From: Phycisphaerae bacterium
GTDB taxonomy: Bacteria > Planctomycetota > Phycisphaerae > UBA1845
Assembly (NCBI GenBank): GCA_046753625.1
Contig: JBHHUB010000001.1
Location: 4,377-68,376, forward strand
Length of the DNA stretch: 64,000 nt
Direction: 5' to 3'
Translations under genes and position numbers: made by a program
Part shown: positions 45,283-55,154 of the stretch, piece by piece
How the letters are laid out: each line of letters begins with the position of its first letter
Numbering within the stretch: position 1 is the stretch's first letter
Notes under the pieces: model-generated
What the model was told of the DNA's origin: nothing
The model's database searches: none
The model's input: only the letters and a program-made list of their open reading frames with translations

Positions 45283-46423
45283 TTTGACCGTCGTTCGCTT
45301 CGAACAAGGACGCTGGGTCTTGGATCGTGCTGCTCCGGCCGATTTCAAGTTGCACGGGCGACCCTTGGCGTTTTGGGCGTCGGCAGGGCGAATCCACCTC
45401 ATCTACAGGCCGGACCGGCAAGCCAACGAGTGGCTCTACCGGGTTAGTGCGGCATCTGACGATTCCTGGTCCGAGTCCGTGGTCTGGCCCGCCACGAGGG
45501 ATCCTGAGTTCGCGTCCGGGTCGGTGGCGCAAGATCAACCCGTGCTTCTGGTCGGTAGGCAATCGGGTGGGGATCCGTTCTTGCAATACTGGCGGCTCGA
45601 CGTCGCCGGCTGGGAACCGGTGGCGCTGGCCGGGAGCGAATTCGCACGCGTTGCGTTGTTCGGGAGCAGGTTTTGCGCCTACGCTGCCGGCACCTATATC
45701 GGGTTGGCACGCCGCGAAAAGGGGGAACCGCTTCATTTTGGACGCTGGGACGTGGCGGACGGGTCGACCTTGGATCCGCTTGCCGTAGTCCCCGCGCTGG
45801 TTCCGCCCGAACCGCCGACGGTCACCACCGCTGCCAAGCATCTGTTGGAGTACACGGTGTTGGGCTTGGCGTTGGCTGCGGTGTTCATCTGGCGGCGCAG
45901 CAGCATTGCGCACCATCCGACGCTGGCGCCCAATCAGAGGCTCGCCCGCCTGTCGCGCCGGGCCATGGCGTTCAGCATCGACATGCTCATTCTCACACCG
46001 GCGGTGATCGCGGTTTTCTACCGCCTCCTGTTGCTCGAAGAGGCCGCGTTTCCGATCTGGAACTCCGGCGGTGTATCCAGCGACCTTTCCGGTCGCTAGT
46101 GGTTTCGAGCTCTAGTGGGCGTTTGCGTGGGAATTTACGGCGCGATTTTCGAGGCGGCTATGAGTGCTACGCCCGGCAAGCGGGCGTTGCGATTGACCGT
46201 GGTTCGCGCGGATGGGAGGCCGATCGCGTTCGGCGGCGCCCTGGTCCGCAATCTCGCCCGGGCCGTTGAGTTTCATTTTGTTCCGTTGGTCCTGCTCGTC
46301 GCGGTCACCTTCGGCAAGCAGCGTCTGGGGGATTTGCTCGCCCGGTCCTACGTAGTGGAGCCGACCGAGACCACTCTCTTGTCGTTGGACATGAATTCCG
46401 ACGACGATTCCGACTTCGACTGA
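45221..46423 (+). pseudogene. RDD-family membrane protein gene interrupted by in-frame TAG (46097..46099)
   Basis: ORFs 45221..46099 and 46115..46423 are in the same frame. The RDD domain spans the stop: RLARLSRRAMAFSIDMLILTPAVIAVFY...SGR-TAG-WFRALVGVCVGIYGAIFEAAMSATPGKRALRLTVVRADGRPI... Confidence 0.5.
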
Positions 46424-46696
46424 AGCCGTTGCCTGTTACAAATTCGCGCCGGGACAGGCGGCTTGGGATACCGCGGGAAGCGGCGTGTTCGTGGCAGATC
46501 CCCCTGTTTTTGAGGGCGACTGGGCGGGTGTCGCACCGATCCGGGCCGCGGGCCATCTTTGACCGATAACTTAAGGGTTGCTTGGCTTGTGCCGATGACC
46601 CAACTGGATGATGGGGCGCGCGGATTGCCATCGGAGGCTCAGCGCCAAGGCGGCCGGCGATAGGATGCTCGCTTTTTGGCAACAGGTACTCACGCG

Positions 46697-49600
46697 ATGT
46701 ACACAAAGTTTTTTAGGCTATCTCGGCGTCCGTTTGAAGAACGGGCGGACCCCCAGTTTTACTTTCCGACGCCGCACGGCGATGAGGTGTTGGCGGCTCT
46801 GGAGTACGAATCCCAGTACGGCCAATCCATCGCGCTTTTGATCGGCGAAGCAGGGACGGGAAAGACCCTGCTCATTCGCTCGTTGCTGATGCGCGGGCAG
46901 CCGACCGACCAGAGCGTCGTGCTGACGTGGACGGCAGACGGGAAGGCGAGCGTGATCCGGGAGGCGTGCAAGGCGTTCGGCGTCACGCTGCCTTCGGCGT
47001 TCAGTACCAATCGCGGACTGGCCAGAATCCGCCGGCATCTCAGCCGCATCACGGCCGATGGGCGGCGCGCACTGCTGGTGATTGACCAGGGGGAGAACCT
47101 CTCGAGCGAGAATCTTGCGGAGATCAGCGCGCTGACCTCGCTGCATTTGGGCGACCAGTCTATGCTGACGGTCATGCTCGCCGGTCAGCCGCAGATCAAA
47201 ACGCTGTTGGAGGCAACGGAGCTTTCGAGTCTGCGGCAGCGGCTCTTCGGTGAGCGCGTGCTTACGCCGTTCTCACGATCGGAGACGGGAAACTACATCG
47301 CCCATCGGTTGAAAGTGGCCGGTGCCGCCGACCCCAACTTGTTCGAACCGCCTGCCTTGGATTTGATTCATCGTGTCTCCGGCGGCATTCCACGTTTGCT
47401 CAATCGCCTCGCGGGCGAGGCGATGCTCAGCGCGTATGGGGCGTCGCGAAAAACGGTGACCGGGCCGGTGGTTGCTGAACTGGTCAAAGAGAACGCTTAC
47501 GAAGAGCCGGCGCCGATGGGGGCTTGCAAGATGGATGCCGACGGCAGCGGCGTGGATAGCGCCGTGGCTTCGGATGCGGAGTTCAGCGGCGACGTGGTGA
47601 GCCGAGCATCCACGTCTCGCGATCGACTGGTGTTCGACGATGCGTCGCCGATCAAATCATATGAGTCGGAAACGGATCGCTTAGCTGGTGCGGAATACGA
47701 CGCCGGATCGTCGACGCTTCCGGATCCGAATGGAAGTGCCGTATTTACGACACTTGATCCTTGTGGAAGTAGTGGGCAGGGGGAGGAGATGCTGGAGCGG
47801 GGGCGTTTGCTGCTGGAACAGTTGGAGCGCGCGATGGCTCGTGCGGAGCGGATGAGCGCTACGTCGCAGGCGTCGCTGACGCAGACTACGGCTGTCGAGA
47901 CGCATCTCGAAACGCTTGTCGGTCATGCGGAGCGAATCGCCGGTGAGCTGGGCGGGTCGGTGAGCCGCGCCCATGAGTCACTGAATTCCTTGAACGCCCG
48001 CATCCGTTCGGAGGTTTCGACGACGCAGGACCGGGTGACGGCGGTCGAGGAACGGCTCGCCGCCATTCCGGAGGTGCTCGAGCAGGCGGACCACAGGCTG
48101 GATCGATTGCAGGATGCCTGCAGCAGTGCGGAACATGTGGAGTCCTCTTTGCGCAAGTTTGGGGAGGAGCTTGCCGATCAGGCGGACACGGTGCAGGAGC
48201 GGATCGGCATCGCCGTGGCCGGTACGCAAGCGGGGAAGGAGACCCTCGACCGGGCCACGCAACTGATCGAGACGGTAGAGCGTGAGAAAGCCTCGCAGGA
48301 ACAATTGATCCGGCGGACGGCGGAGCAGGTGGACACCAAGCTGCGCACGTTGAACCAATCCCTGGCGAAGGCGGATCGAGTTATCGAGTCGCTGCAGACC
48401 CAAAGCCGCAACATGACGTCCGAGGCGGAACGGATCAAAGAGGATCTGCTTCGCAAGAGCATCAGCCGGTTCGAGGAATCGCTCCAACAAGCGCTGGATC
48501 GGTTTACCACGGCGCAGCTCGAAGCATTGGATGCCATGGAATCTCGGGAAGTGGAATTGCGATCCCAGGTCCACGCGTTTGAGGAGCGAACGGCCGGGTT
48601 GCAGCGCACGCTACATGCCGCGGATCATGAGATCGACGCGACGCAGAAGAAAACGTCGGCGGTCGCTACCGAATGCAAGAAGCTGCTCGCTGAAGTCGCC
48701 ACGAAGGAGCAAAGGATTACGCACATCAGTCGTGATCTGGACAACAGCATCGAGCGAGGAGAAACCCACAAGACGGATGTCCAGCGTGTGACGGGCAAGG
48801 CCGAGGAACTCCGGCGAAGCGTCGCGGCCATCCTCGTCGATGTGGGCGCCGCCCAGGAGCGTGCGGTCGCCGCACGCGCTCAATTCGACGGGTACAAGGA
48901 GATCGTCTCCGAAATCGACCAAGCGGTGCAGCGCGGACAATCCGCGCTCCGCGATGTGGACGAAATCGTATCCCACGTGGACCAACTGCAAGGCAACATC
49001 GCGGCGGTCGCTCACGAGGCGTCGGCCAAGACGGAGGCGTTTCGTTCCGACGTCGATCGGGTGCATCGCGACCTCGCCGTGGTTGCCGAAGATGCGGCGG
49101 TCAAGACGGAGGCATTCCGCCAAGGCGTTCGCAACGTCCAGCAGGGGGCGGACGAGACCATCGCGCGAATTACCCAAGCGGTGGCGCAGGGGTCGGACGC
49201 CATCGCGATTGTTTCTGCGGAGGCGCAGACTAAAGTGACACAGCTTGACTCCCACAACGCCGCCGCCCGCGTCGTGTTGCAGGAGTTGTCCGAGATGAAC
49301 CAAAAGGGGCACAGTCTTCTCGATCAGGCCAAGGCGGTGCTCGAGGACACGGAAGACAAAACCAAGCAAGCTGCGTCGACGATTGAGTCTCTTTGGGGAT
49401 TGGCCGGCGGGGCCGAAGCCCAGACCAAAGCACTGGCGACCAAGCTGCAGGAGTCTGAAAAAGTGGTCACCCAGCTTGCCGGCGAGGTCAAGAGTGCGCA
49501 AGCGGCGCTCTCCAGGCTTGCGGAACAATCGTCGGGCGCCGACGCGCAGTATCAGATTGTCGAAAAGCGCTGCCGCGACGCGAAAAAAATCGCCGATCGG

Positions 49601-50362
49601 CTTGTTTCCATCAGCAAGCTGCTCAAAACGGCCAAGGAAACCGAACAGTCCATCACGGAAATGGTCGACGGAGCACGCCGGGTCGCCGACGATCTGACAA
49701 ACGCGGCCGGGACTTCTGATCAGCTCTTGGAGCAGTTCAGCCGGCAGGGCGAAGGCATCGCGGCGACCATCGGCGAACTGGAAACGCGGGCAGCCAAGAT
49801 CGAATCGACCATCGACCAGGTTACGGAGAAGCCGGCTGAGTTGGTTCGGACCGCCAAAGCGCAGGCCGCGCAGCTCGAACGGGTATGTGCTGCGGTCCGC
49901 AAGGTGTTTGCGTCGCTGTCGAAGACAACCTTGGAAGCCAAGAAGCAGACGGAGGCGTGCGGGAAGATCAACCACAGCGCGGCGCAGCAAATCCGCAACC
50001 TCCGCGTCGAGACCGATCGCTCGTGCAAGACGTTGCGCGAATGGATTGCCGAAGCCATTCGGGTACAAACGCGGCTGGAGCGATCGCTGGACCAGGCTCC
50101 GTCGATCCACCAAACGCATCCGATCGAGGAATTGGCCGAAGTCTCGGATCGCATGACCGTGGGGGACGCGATTCCCGAACCTTTGGCGGGCGGTGAACTG
50201 ACCATGCTGGACGAACCGCAAGGCGCCGCCATACCCGGTTGGGCGGATGGGGTTCCGCCCTCGGAATCCGAACCTGCCGCCTCGGAGCTTGGGGCGCGAA
50301 TCGGCAATCGCGCGGACGAAATATCCAGGCTTCTTGCGGATGCCAAGAATCTGGTTCCCTGA
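46697..50362 (+). CDS. ExeA/GspA-like AAA ATPase domain fused to a ~950-aa coiled-coil region
   Basis: The N-terminus is MYTKFFRLSRRPFEERADPQFYFPT...ALLIGEAGTGKTLL (Walker A)...LLVIDQGENL (Walker B-like)...GGIPRLLNRL. The remainder is E/A/Q/R/L/T-rich heptad-like sequence with internal repeats (KTEAFRSDV / KTEAFRQGV). The start was set to ATG 46697. Confidence 0.85.
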   Translation: MYTKFFRLSRRPFEERADPQFYFPTPHGDEVLAALEYESQYGQSIALLIGEAGTGKTLLIRSLLMRGQPTDQSVVLTWTADGKASVIREACKAFGVTLPSAFSTNRGLARIRRHLSRITADGRRALLVIDQGENLSSENLAEISALTSLHLGDQSMLTVMLAGQPQIKTLLEATELSSLRQRLFGERVLTPFSRSETGNYIAHRLKVAGAADPNLFEPPALDLIHRVSGGIPRLLNRLAGEAMLSAYGASRKTVTGPVVAELVKENAYEEPAPMGACKMDADGSGVDSAVASDAEFSGDVVSRASTSRDRLVFDDASPIKSYESETDRLAGAEYDAGSSTLPDPNGSAVFTTLDPCGSSGQGEEMLERGRLLLEQLERAMARAERMSATSQASLTQTTAVETHLETLVGHAERIAGELGGSVSRAHESLNSLNARIRSEVSTTQDRVTAVEERLAAIPEVLEQADHRLDRLQDACSSAEHVESSLRKFGEELADQADTVQERIGIAVAGTQAGKETLDRATQLIETVEREKASQEQLIRRTAEQVDTKLRTLNQSLAKADRVIESLQTQSRNMTSEAERIKEDLLRKSISRFEESLQQALDRFTTAQLEALDAMESREVELRSQVHAFEERTAGLQRTLHAADHEIDATQKKTSAVATECKKLLAEVATKEQRITHISRDLDNSIERGETHKTDVQRVTGKAEELRRSVAAILVDVGAAQERAVAARAQFDGYKEIVSEIDQAVQRGQSALRDVDEIVSHVDQLQGNIAAVAHEASAKTEAFRSDVDRVHRDLAVVAEDAAVKTEAFRQGVRNVQQGADETIARITQAVAQGSDAIAIVSAEAQTKVTQLDSHNAAARVVLQELSEMNQKGHSLLDQAKAVLEDTEDKTKQAASTIESLWGLAGGAEAQTKALATKLQESEKVVTQLAGEVKSAQAALSRLAEQSSGADAQYQIVEKRCRDAKKIADRLVSISKLLKTAKETEQSITEMVDGARRVADDLTNAAGTSDQLLEQFSRQGEGIAATIGELETRAAKIESTIDQVTEKPAELVRTAKAQAAQLERVCAAVRKVFASLSKTTLEAKKQTEACGKINHSAAQQIRNLRVETDRSCKTLREWIAEAIRVQTRLERSLDQAPSIHQTHPIEELAEVSDRMTVGDAIPEPLAGGELTMLDEPQGAAIPGWADGVPPSESEPAASELGARIGNRADEISRLLADAKNLVP

Positions 50363-50367
50363 TCTCC

Positions 50368-50400
50368 GCGCTGAGCTGCGGGCTTCAGCCCGCGCGGCGC
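50368..50400. repeat. GC-rich REP-like hairpin element (family 2)
   Basis: The hairpin GCGGGC-ttca-GCCCGC is present. The reverse complement matches 15047..15078. It lies between convergent genes. Confidence 0.55.
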
Positions 50401-50522
50401 ACCGGGCTCATTGGGGATCCCGGTTTCCGGTGGGCGCTGCACGCGTAGCACGTGCATTGACCGACGGCCGCGCAGGCTAAAGCATGCGGCTCGGGTCGAC
50501 GCGGAACCCACGAAACGCGGCG

Positions 50523-51590
50523 CTAGGAAAGGGGTTTCTCGGCGCCGGTCAGTTTGCGCAGCTCGGCTACTTCCTTCTCAAGTGCCTTGATTCTCTTGAA
50601 CCATTGCGGAAGCTTGCGCATCGCGGTGTGGGAACGGTGCGCCTCGGTAATCGGCACAGCCGGTGATCCGAAATAAGTCTTCCCGCCCTCCAGATCGCCG
50701 ACCACCCCTGCTTGTGCGGCGACGACGGCATGATCGCCGATGGTCTGGTGGCCCGCCAAGCCTACCTGTCCGGCCAGCGTTACGTGGCGCCCCACGTTGA
50801 CCGATCCTGCGAGCCCAACCTGGCCAACGAACAGGCAGTGCTCGCCGATCTTGCAGCCGTGTCCGATGGTCACATTGTCGCTGAATTTGGTGCCGGAGTG
50901 GACTTCGGTACTGCCCAATGTGGCGCGATCGATGGAGCAATTGGCCCCGATTTCGACGTCGTCGCCGAGCACGGCATTGCCGATCTGGGGGATTTTGACC
51001 CACTTCCCTTCATGCGGTGCGAACCCCAAGCCGTCCTGACCGATGACCGAGCCTGCATGAATCGTACATCGGTCGCCGAGCACGCACCCATCGTAGATGA
51101 CGACGTTGGGGAACAGGGTACAGTCATGGCCTATGCGCGCGTCCTTGGCGATGTAGCAACCCGGATAAATCGTGCAGTTGTCCCCGAGGACGGCGCCTTC
51201 GGCGATGGTGGCCCCGGCCGCAATATTGAGATGGCTGCCGATTTGGGCGGTTTCGTGGATGTTCGCCCGGTCGGAAACGCCCCACTGAGGGTGCCGGCGA
51301 TAGCCATATAGGGCAATAATCGCCACCGCCAGAGCCGCGTAGGGATCATCAATGCGGATCGCGGATTTGCCCGGTGGGATCGAGACGCCGTCCTTGCAAA
51401 TGATGGCGGACGCATCGGTTTCGGCGACGGCCTTGAGGTATTTTTCATTGGATAGAAACGAAAGCTCGCCGGCGGATGCGGATTCGAGCGTGTTGATGGC
51501 CTTTATGGGCAGATCTTCGCCCTCCAAGGAGGCACGAAACCCGTGTTGATCGAGAATCTCGCAAAGCTGGCTCAAGCGATAACTGTTCAT
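50523..51590 (-). CDS. lpxD: UDP-3-O-(3-hydroxyacyl)glucosamine N-acyltransferase
   Basis: The LpxD N-terminal domain (SFLSNEKYLKAV) and long hexapeptide-repeat beta-helix are present. The start was set to ATG 51590 (MNSYRLSQL). Confidence 0.9.
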   Translation of the reverse strand: MNSYRLSQLCEILDQHGFRASLEGEDLPIKAINTLESASAGELSFLSNEKYLKAVAETDASAIICKDGVSIPPGKSAIRIDDPYAALAVAIIALYGYRRHPQWGVSDRANIHETAQIGSHLNIAAGATIAEGAVLGDNCTIYPGCYIAKDARIGHDCTLFPNVVIYDGCVLGDRCTIHAGSVIGQDGLGFAPHEGKWVKIPQIGNAVLGDDVEIGANCSIDRATLGSTEVHSGTKFSDNVTIGHGCKIGEHCLFVGQVGLAGSVNVGRHVTLAGQVGLAGHQTIGDHAVVAAQAGVVGDLEGGKTYFGSPAVPITEAHRSHTAMRKLPQWFKRIKALEKEVAELRKLTGAEKPLS

Positions 51591-52076
51591 TCTTGGCGTC
51601 GAATCCTTACCGAAGCTCTCCAAAACATCCATTCTCAGCGTGGATTCGTGGAGTGTCAATGAAAAGCGCGCGGTTTGACGGGCACCCCGACCACCGGTCG
51701 TCCAACCCGCGTCGCGCGTTCCGCCTGGCGTCGGTCGGTGCGGAGCGTCCCTTGCGATCCTCGGCCTATCTCCAGTTCCTGCTCATGTTTGGGTGCCCTG
51801 GTTCTCCTGTGGCCGACATACCGCCCCGAATTCACGTTAAAGGGGGCGGATGTCTCTGGAATTTGTGAACTTGTGCATTAGACTACCGCGTCCGGAACGG
51901 TCTGTGGGCGGACGACTCCGGACGCTGGTGGGAATAATCCGGGCCGTGATCGAATATGGATTCCAGGGATCCAGTCCCTCGGACGACTGCCGGCCTTGAT
52001 CTGTCGTTGGGTTGGGCTTATTTCAGGGCTATGCGGGCGGCCCGGCGCGTTGGCTCCAGTTGGATTCGAGTTAATT

Positions 52077-53636
52077 ATGCCGTTAAGTTCGATGTTGCTG
52101 TGGGTCGTCTTCGCGGTATTTGTCGTTGCGACCCTGGCGCTGGCCGTGTACGGGTTGCACCTGTACGTCTTGCTGGTGCTGTTTCGCAGGCAGTCCAAGC
52201 ACCATCGTGTCCGACAAGGGTTCACGATTCTTCAGTATGCCCGGAATACGGACGATGCCGCTTGGCCTCGGGTAACGAGCCAGATTCCTGTTTTCAACGA
52301 AGCCGATGTCGCCGTCCGCGTGATCGAGGCCGTTGCAGCGATCCAGTACCCCGCGGGCAAGCATGAGATCCAAGTTCTCGACGACAGCACGGACCACACG
52401 CGGGACATCATCGATCAAGTGGCAGCTCGACTCGTCGCGCGCGGGGTGGACGCCAAGGTCATCCGCCGGGCGGACCGGACCGGTTACAAGGCCGGGGCGC
52501 TGTCGCATGGATTGGCCACGGCGACCGGCAAGTATGTGGCGATTTTTGATGCGGACTTCGTTCCGCCCGCGTCGTTTTTGCGGAAGGCTGTGCCGCTATT
52601 GGAGTCGGATTCCAAGATGGCGTGCCTTCAGGGTCGTTGGACCCACCTCAATCGCTTTGAATCATGGTTGACCTCGGCACAGGCGCTGGGCATCGACGGT
52701 CATTTTGCGATCGAGCAGGGAGCCCGCGCGTGGAACGGCCTCATGATGAATTTCAACGGGACGGCGGGCGTGTGGCGCAAGGCCGCGATCGACGATCCGG
52801 CCGTGGGCGGGTGGAGCGGGGATACGCTTACGGAAGACCTGGATTTGTCCTACCGGGCGCAGTTGGCGGGCTGGCGTTTGGAGTACAGCCTTGACCTGCC
52901 TTGTCCCGCCGAGCTACCCGGGACGGTGGCGGCGCTTAAGAGTCAACAACGGCGTTGGGCGACCGGATCGATCCAAGTGGCGCGCAAGCTGCTGCCGCGG
53001 ATTTGGAAGGCGCCGATTTCCTGGGAGGAAAAGATTGAGGCGACGTTACACCTGACGCACTATTCGGTTGCGCTGTGGATGTTGATTCTGGCGCTGGTTG
53101 CTCGCCCGATGCTGCTGATCTTCGCCGACGCGCGACTCTTTACGGGATGGGCTTGGGCGATTTGGGGGGTTATTCTTCTTTCCGCGTTCGCGCCGTCGTT
53201 GGTATACGCCTATGCCCGGTACAGCCTGGACGGTCGATGGAGCGGGCTGCGGACCATCCCCTCGATGCTCGTGTTGGGATGCGGCTTGTGTTTGAACAAC
53301 GCCATCGCCGTGCTTCGCGGCTTGCGGCTGCGTGGCGGGGAGTTTGTGCGCACGCCCAAGTCGGGCAGCGCCGGTTTCCAAAGAAAACGATCGAGTTATG
53401 TGACTTCCGCGTGCGGGCTGTGGATCGGCGAGCTGGCGCTAGGCGTATATGCGGCGTTTTCGTTCGTTCTTTGTTTCACCCAATACCATCGGGCGTTCAG
53501 CTTCTTTCTGCTGGTCTACGCGGTGGGGTTCGTGGTGATTGGATGGCTGTCGCGGCCGCGGCGGCTTCGTGACGACGCCAACGAATCGGAATCGATGGAC
53601 GTTCCCACACTCATCGGCGCAGAAGCGTCAACGTAG
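52077..53636 (+). CDS. processive family-2 glycosyltransferase (cellulose/chitin/glucomannan-synthase-like, membrane-integrated)
   Basis: Motifs present are LDDSTD, AIFDADF, TEDLDLSYR and QQRRW. There is one N-terminal and about five C-terminal TM helices. The start was set to ATG 52077. Confidence 0.88.
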   Translation: MPLSSMLLWVVFAVFVVATLALAVYGLHLYVLLVLFRRQSKHHRVRQGFTILQYARNTDDAAWPRVTSQIPVFNEADVAVRVIEAVAAIQYPAGKHEIQVLDDSTDHTRDIIDQVAARLVARGVDAKVIRRADRTGYKAGALSHGLATATGKYVAIFDADFVPPASFLRKAVPLLESDSKMACLQGRWTHLNRFESWLTSAQALGIDGHFAIEQGARAWNGLMMNFNGTAGVWRKAAIDDPAVGGWSGDTLTEDLDLSYRAQLAGWRLEYSLDLPCPAELPGTVAALKSQQRRWATGSIQVARKLLPRIWKAPISWEEKIEATLHLTHYSVALWMLILALVARPMLLIFADARLFTGWAWAIWGVILLSAFAPSLVYAYARYSLDGRWSGLRTIPSMLVLGCGLCLNNAIAVLRGLRLRGGEFVRTPKSGSAGFQRKRSSYVTSACGLWIGELALGVYAAFSFVLCFTQYHRAFSFFLLVYAVGFVVIGWLSRPRRLRDDANESESMDVPTLIGAEAST

Positions 53637-53648
53637 CGGCACCATATT

Positions 53649-55154
53649 GTGATGCGCCAAGGCCCATCGGGCTCGCCTTCCGCGAGTCCTTGTCCGGAGC
53701 CGGTTTGGCTTCGTGTGATTTGCGGCGCGGCTTGGCTGCCGCTTTTCTATTTCGCCTTCCACGTCGCCCGATTGGGGGCGATTGCGAAGGACGTTCGCTC
53801 GTTTCAAATCGCTTACGTTGTCGCATTCCTCGGGTACGCCGGCGTGTTGTGGTTGTGGCTTCGGCGGCCGGCACCTTCGAATCGATCGCGCGCTCGTTGG
53901 CTGATTCCTTGCCTGCTGATCCGGGTGATTCCCCTAGCGGTCGAACCCACTGACGATGCCCATCGGTACTTGTGGGAGGGGCATGTCCAACTGGCGGGCC
54001 ACAATCCGTTTGCCCTGGCTCCTGATAGTGCCATTCTGGAGTCTCTTAGAGATGAGGACTGGGAGCGCATCAACCATCGGGATTACCCGGCGATTTACCC
54101 GCCCCTGGCGCAACTGGAGTTTTGGGCCGCCGCGGCGCTGCATCCTTCGGTGTATACGCTCAAAGTGCTTCACACCATTTGGGATGCGTTGGGTGTGGTT
54201 GTGCTTGCGTCCATCCTTGCCGCCGGGGGCGTCGCGCCGGCGCGTGCGCTGCTTTACGGGGCTTGCCCGCTTGTACTCACGGCGTTTTGCGTGGAGGGGC
54301 ATGTGGACAGCCTGATGATTCTGCTGCTGTTGCTTTGCTGGCGGTGGGATCAGCGCGGTCATCGCATGGCCGCGGGGATCGCGTTGGGCGGAAGCATTGC
54401 GGCCAAACTGTTTCCCGTCGTCTTCTTGCCGTGGTTCTTTTTTCGATCCAAGCGCGTGCTTTGCGCGGCCCTTGTGACCGTTGCGATCTTATACCTGCCG
54501 TATTGCAGCGCCGGTAGTTCGCTGTTCGGGAGCCTTGGTCGGTTCTCATCAACAGATTCGTTCTTCAGCTTTCTAGGTACGATGTTGGAACTGGACTTTT
54601 CGAATCCGGCCGTACGTCTTGGTCTTGCGGTTTCGCTTGCGGTGGTGCTGACGGCGCTGGCGGTAGGGGGGGCGCGTGGGTCGGCTCGCACGGGCGATGC
54701 ACCGGCAACGGTGGGGGAGGGGGCTGACGTTCGAAGGCGGCTCGGGCTGAAGCTCGTGGCTGGTAGGGGGCGCCGCGCGTGGCGGGCGTATGTGTGGCCA
54801 AGGGGGGACCGGACGGACGGCCTGGATTTCGGTCGATACGGCGTTGCTGCGACGGGCTTGCTTGTCTTGACAATCCCTGTCGTGCATTACTGGTACTTTG
54901 CGTTGCCGATGGTGTTTCTGGCTGTCCGTTGGCACCTGGCGTGGATGATGGCCGCGCTCCTGATCGTCGTCTATTTTGGCGCACAAGAGGCACAGGTGGC
55001 AACCGGAACGTGGGCGATGCCCGTTGATGCGCCGCTCTGGGTGTGGCGAGGCTTTGTCGCGGCCTGGGTTGCTCAAGTATGGCTTGATTACAGGTGCATT
55101 CGGCCTGCGCCGCTCACCGAGAACGGGGGCGCGAATCAGAGTCCACCGCGCTAG
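53649..55154 (+). CDS. GT-C-type polyprenyl-phosphate-sugar-dependent glycosyltransferase (DUF2029/PIG-M-like)
   Basis: About 12 TM helices. The first loop reads PTDDAHRYLWEGHVQLAGHNPFA...NHRDYPAIYPPLAQLEF. The last ~8 codons and the stop lie inside repeat copy C. Confidence 0.7.
   Translation: MMRQGPSGSPSASPCPEPVWLRVICGAAWLPLFYFAFHVARLGAIAKDVRSFQIAYVVAFLGYAGVLWLWLRRPAPSNRSRARWLIPCLLIRVIPLAVEPTDDAHRYLWEGHVQLAGHNPFALAPDSAILESLRDEDWERINHRDYPAIYPPLAQLEFWAAAALHPSVYTLKVLHTIWDALGVVVLASILAAGGVAPARALLYGACPLVLTAFCVEGHVDSLMILLLLLCWRWDQRGHRMAAGIALGGSIAAKLFPVVFLPWFFFRSKRVLCAALVTVAILYLPYCSAGSSLFGSLGRFSSTDSFFSFLGTMLELDFSNPAVRLGLAVSLAVVLTALAVGGARGSARTGDAPATVGEGADVRRRLGLKLVAGRGRRAWRAYVWPRGDRTDGLDFGRYGVAATGLLVLTIPVVHYWYFALPMVFLAVRWHLAWMMAALLIVVYFGAQEAQVATGTWAMPVDAPLWVWRGFVAAWVAQVWLDYRCIRPAPLTENGGANQSPPR

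Noticed and set aside
46097-46099. In-frame TAG in the RDD gene as pyrrolysine or programmed read-through
   Set aside because: Nothing in the window suggests Pyl machinery, and this lineage is not known to use it. A second lesion (the frame switch near 45220) in the same gene favours a pseudogene or sequence error.
48611-50221. 536-aa minus-strand ORF
   Set aside because: It is antisense to the giant ExeA-like/coiled-coil gene. It is Arg/Leu/Gly-rich low-complexity sequence with no motifs.
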